Positions 60,101 to 64,000 of a stretch of DNA of 64,000 bases are shown here, piece after piece. A program made the position numbers and the translations under genes. The DNA comes from Azolla caroliniana (Eukaryota; Plantae; Polypodiophyta): NCBI GenBank assembly GCA_043228905.1, contig JBHGNT010000015.1, forward strand, positions 10,478,001 through 10,542,000. The letters run 5' to 3'. Position 1 is the stretch's first letter. Each line of letters starts with the position of its first letter. The notes under the pieces were generated by a model. It searched no databases. It saw only the letters and a list, made by a program, of their open reading frames with translations, and was not told the DNA's origin.

Positions 60101-62574
60101 CTCTTGGTGTTGATGTCAGGTGTGATGTGGCTACCTGTTTGCCGTACTGGCAATGCTCGTAGAATTGGTGATCCAAGAAGGAGAGTTTGGGGATGTAACC
60201 GGCTCTGGATAGGTGCGTTATGCCGACCTTGCTGAGGTGTCCAAGTCGTCTGTGCCATAACGATGACACGGGGATATCAACCAAAAATAAGTCACCCTCT
60301 TTGAGTGTGACATATAAAGGATACAAGGAATGTACCTTTGGTCCTCGAGGAAGCAGGAGGTTCCCTTTGTGGAGTGTCCACCCTCCTGATGAGAATACGG
60401 CACGGATGCCGCCTTCGTCAAGTTGTCCGACTGAGATCAAGGGTCTTGAGAGGTCAGGAACGTGTCGGACGTTGTGTAGTACGAGTGTAGAGCCGCCTGG
60501 AAGGTTGAGCTCTACGATGCCAATCCCGATTATAGCACAGTGTTGCGAGTTTCCGACTCGAACTGAGTCGGAGTGCCGGTCCGAGTATTGCCAAAACTGA
60601 GATCGGTGAGGTGTCACATGATATGATGCGCCCGAGTCCAGGATCCATGTGCTCGATTCCTCGGTCGTAAGCAGAACTTCTGATTCGAGTCGGTTCTCTA
60701 TGGACAATATGTTCGGGTCGGTCGTCAAAATTTTGGCTGAAGAGCCGATGTAGTTGACCTCCTCATGCCGGCTACTCTTCTTATCCGCTCTTTGAGCTTT
60801 GTCGGTTTTTGCTTTGAGTGCCCGGCAGTCGGCTTTGATGTGTCCCGGTTTCTTGCAGTAGTTGCAGATTCGGTTGTCTCGGGACTTGCTCCGGCTTCAC
60901 TGATTGTTCGGCGGTCAGGAAGAACTTCTTCCCCGGTTGTTCGATCGGTCGGTCAAACCTTGTACTACGTAAGCTTCATTTGCCGAGTCTTTGGCAAAAG
61001 ACTTTCTCCAAGCTGCTTCAGTCAGGATTGCGCTCGTGACTTCGGAGTACTTAATGGTAGTTGTTGAAGCATTGCACATGGTTGTAACGAAAGTTTCCCA
61101 TGAAGAGAGGAGACTACTCATGAGTATCATTGGTCTGAGTTCATCCTCGATTACCGTCCCCTGAGACGAGATTTGGGAGCTTATGCTTTCATACTCATTG
61201 AGGTGTGCCTGAACCGAATCGGATTCTTTCATCCGCAAGTTGTAGAGGTGCCAGATTAGATACATCTTCGTTGCACCGCGACCTTCTTTTCATACGTTTC
61301 CGACATTGTTTTCCAAAGTTCAAAAGTTGTCATGCATGATTGCACTGTGGAGTACACTGACTCCGACAAGTGCATCCGAATCGTGGCGTGGACAATTCTG
61401 TCCAGCTTTAGCCACTTGTTTGCCTTGTATGCTTCTGGAGGATTTTCATTCTCAATCGGGTCTATCTAACCCTTGACTATGAGATAGTCCTACATTTGTT
61501 CATTCCAGAAGTTGAAGTTCGAACCGTCGAACCTCCTTAGACTCATCTCTGATGAGCCCAATGTTGATGCCATCTGCTTCGGTTTCGGTTGGTAAGACTC
61601 GGTTCGGAGTTGACTACGAACCTTAGTGGGGTGCAGCTGGTCGGCTCACCCGATATCGTTCTAGTCGGTTTTGAACCCGAGTTGGTTTGGTTTCGGATAC
61701 TTGTTGCTGAACTTGCTCGAAGTGACTCCGATAACTTGAGGGACAGAACCGGCTGTTGGTCTTCCCGAATGTTGCCGAGTCGGAGTGAGCCCGGTTAGCT
61801 TCTGATTGTATGCCGAATACCGATTACAAAAAACTGATCGTTTGGGCCGATTCTGCTTCGGATGACTGTAGCGATGAGAGGGACGGATCCAACTGATCCT
61901 CCCGAATGTCGATCAGCCGAGTGAAGCACGAATTTGGTTGTTACTTGGAGACCAATCTGCAGCGGGTGGTTACAGCAAGCGGGTGAATAGCGTCCGGTGA
62001 CCTATTCGGATGTTGTTTAACCGAATGAAGCACGATTGGGTTGGTTGTTGCTCAAGGAGATCCCCTCAAGCGGTTACAATCACAGGAACAGAGTACAGCC
62101 GACTGGCTTACTCCAAATTGTGATTTAATACAGTGAGATGCGAGCTTTTTGTTTTTCTTCTCCCTTCTCTATTCTTCAAAGAAAACGAAAATGGAATGTT
62201 GTGTGGTGTACTATGACGGCCGGCAATGGGTTGAAGAACCTCCAACGTTGTGATGCCAAATGTTGGGGACAAGGCCGTCAATGCGGAAGTGCAAGCAACA
62301 TTCGTGATGAAGAAGAACCTGGGTATGCGCATAAAACAAGATAGACACATAGAGAGAGAGAGAGAGAGACACACACACACACACAAACCAATGTTATATT
62401 CCAATAGCAACAGTTACAAAGAATGACAACCAACCTCAACTAAAGGTTACAAAGTCACTTTATATAATGACTATCTTAGGGCAACTGCCCTTTATGCTAT
62501 TTACAGAAATAGCCCAAACTTGGGTTGTCCAAAGGGACAGTGTGAATACGGCCATTATACACTCGTATTCGACA
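57185..62574 (-). mobile_element. Full-length Ty1/copia element, same family as 1-1186
   Basis: LTRs 57185-57493 and 62261-62574. TSD TGGAC on both sides. PBS-like TGGCATCA and PPT. Gag, PR (WILDSGAS), IN, RT and RNase H with stops and frameshifts. Confidence 0.95.
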
Positions 62575-62918
62575 TGGACCACATGAGCCCCTGAGTGACC
62601 AAAGCACATCTCAGCTAAGTCTGAAACTCGACAAAAGGAAGGCCAAGATGTCGGAATACGAAGATCCAATCGACAACGAGTCAACTCACTCCCTGACAAT
62701 GAGTTCGAAGGCCTAGACATCCCAATCATCCGGACGAATGGAGCGAAGAAAGCCTTAGACTCTACAAACAAGAAGCCTTAGACTCTACAACCCAGTTATC
62801 TGATTCGGCTACGATGAGTATATATGGCATACCACTATGCCTTTATGATGAAGGTGGCGACTGTCCGAGAACCAGAAACCTTTTCCGAGGCAGCCAAGGA
62901 TCCGCGATGGATCAAAGT

Positions 62919-63368
62919 TGTTACTCCTGGGCTGGACTAGCCACTAACACAGGGTGTCCTTCCGGATCACTTCACCAAAGGGGTGGTTGCGGGGTAAGGA
63001 TTCGACTCCGATTTGATCGTAACCGGCACTTCCAGATCGATTCCGAATAGACAATCACATATGGTTGATTACACACGTAAGATAAAGACAATAAGCACAA
63101 CACAGAATTGACAGATACACAATAGTAACAAACCTCTCTTATACTAGTTCCACTCCCATATACATCGTTCTTCGGATCCTTTTATAGGTATCCGATTATG
63201 TTTACAAAACGGTGCCAAACCGGCAACCAGCTACAAACCGATCCGGATCCGGATCGATACATCCTTTCCGGGTTTGCCCATTCCTATTATCCTTAAATAC
63301 TAATTTTTAATAATTACGAAACCGGCTCTCCCCCTAACTACTTTTCATACTCTAGCCACCGGCCAACA
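62919..63368. repeat. Solo LTR inserted in the copia pol region
   Basis: TGTTAC...CCAACA ends; TSD AAAGT/AAAGC (one mismatch). Removal restores W-I-K-A-M-N-E-E. Confidence 0.85.
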
Positions 63369-64000
63369 AAAGCGATGAATGAAGAAATGTAGGCTTTAAA
63401 CAAAAACGAGACATGGGATCTTGTTCCCCATTCTACAGACAAGAAAGTGATCGGTTGAATATGGATATATAAGGTAAAATACAATGCCGACGTCTCGGTA
63501 AATTGCTACAAGGCACGACTCGTAGCTAAGGGATACACTCAAACGCACAGAATCAATTATGAGGAGACCTTTGCCCTAGTGGCAAAGATGATGACTGTTC
63601 GATGGTCATCGCTCTTGCAGCTGCACAAGGGTGGCATCTCCACCAAATGGATGTGAAGAATGCCTTCCTGCAAGGCGAATTAGAAGAGGAAGTCTTCATG
63701 ATTCAACCACTAGGTTTTGAATCGAGTAAACACCTGAAAGCAGTCAGCCAACTCAAGAAGCCTTTATACAACCTCAAGCAAGCCCCGCGTGCTTGGCATT
63801 CGAAGATCACCCAGTATCAGCACCAAATCGGCTTCCAAATGTCAAAATCAAACAACTCCCTATACATCCGAAATGAGTCACACAACTCGATGGTCATCAG
63901 TTTGTACGTGCTAGATGATATGGTCATCAGAGGAAAGGATCTCGCCGAGATCAATAAGGTCAAATCATTCCTAACCGGCAGATTTGAAATGACAGATATG

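Larger units (their letters stand above)
54567..64000 (+). mobile_element. Degenerate copia element (partial 5' LTR, gag, PR, IN, RT running off the window) with two nested insertions
   Basis: LTR end TTAACA at 54749, then PBS TGGTATTAGAGC. Gag similar to 34859-35170, WFVDSGAS, integrase 56623-57057. Resumes after 62579 and after 63373 with RT motifs ([10 protein letters not shown]). Confidence 0.88.

Noticed and set aside
44000-64000. Numerous short antisense and overlapping ORFs
   Set aside because: Shadow frames of GC-richer copia pol sequence; no independent evidence of coding.

Overview
Eukaryotic, transposon-rich land-plant DNA. A fern-like, non-seed plant origin is my inference from TE types and intron sizes and is not provable from this window. 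Left to right: (1) the 3' end of a Ty1/copia element. (2) A ~14-kb hAT transposon (2008-16144) carrying three nested insertions: a solo LTR, a non-autonomous copy of its own family, and an apparently intact 9.08-kb TIR transposon. (3) A 13-exon host gene for a ~1240-aa coiled-coil protein (17015-42849) with TE-filled introns. (4) A nest of copia elements (44000-64000). The highlight is the 9.08-kb element (6539-15615), with 36-bp TIRs and a 4-bp TSD. It encodes a Sola/DUF7869-like DDD transposase on the minus strand. Divergently, it encodes a six-exon, 974-aa protein fusing a ParB/Srx-like domain to a beta-class N6-adenine/N4-cytosine DNA methyltransferase domain, a fusion typical of bacteria and phages. 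Intron 1 of that gene holds seven tandem DNA palindromes. Family assignments come from motif recognition by eye; no database searches were run.
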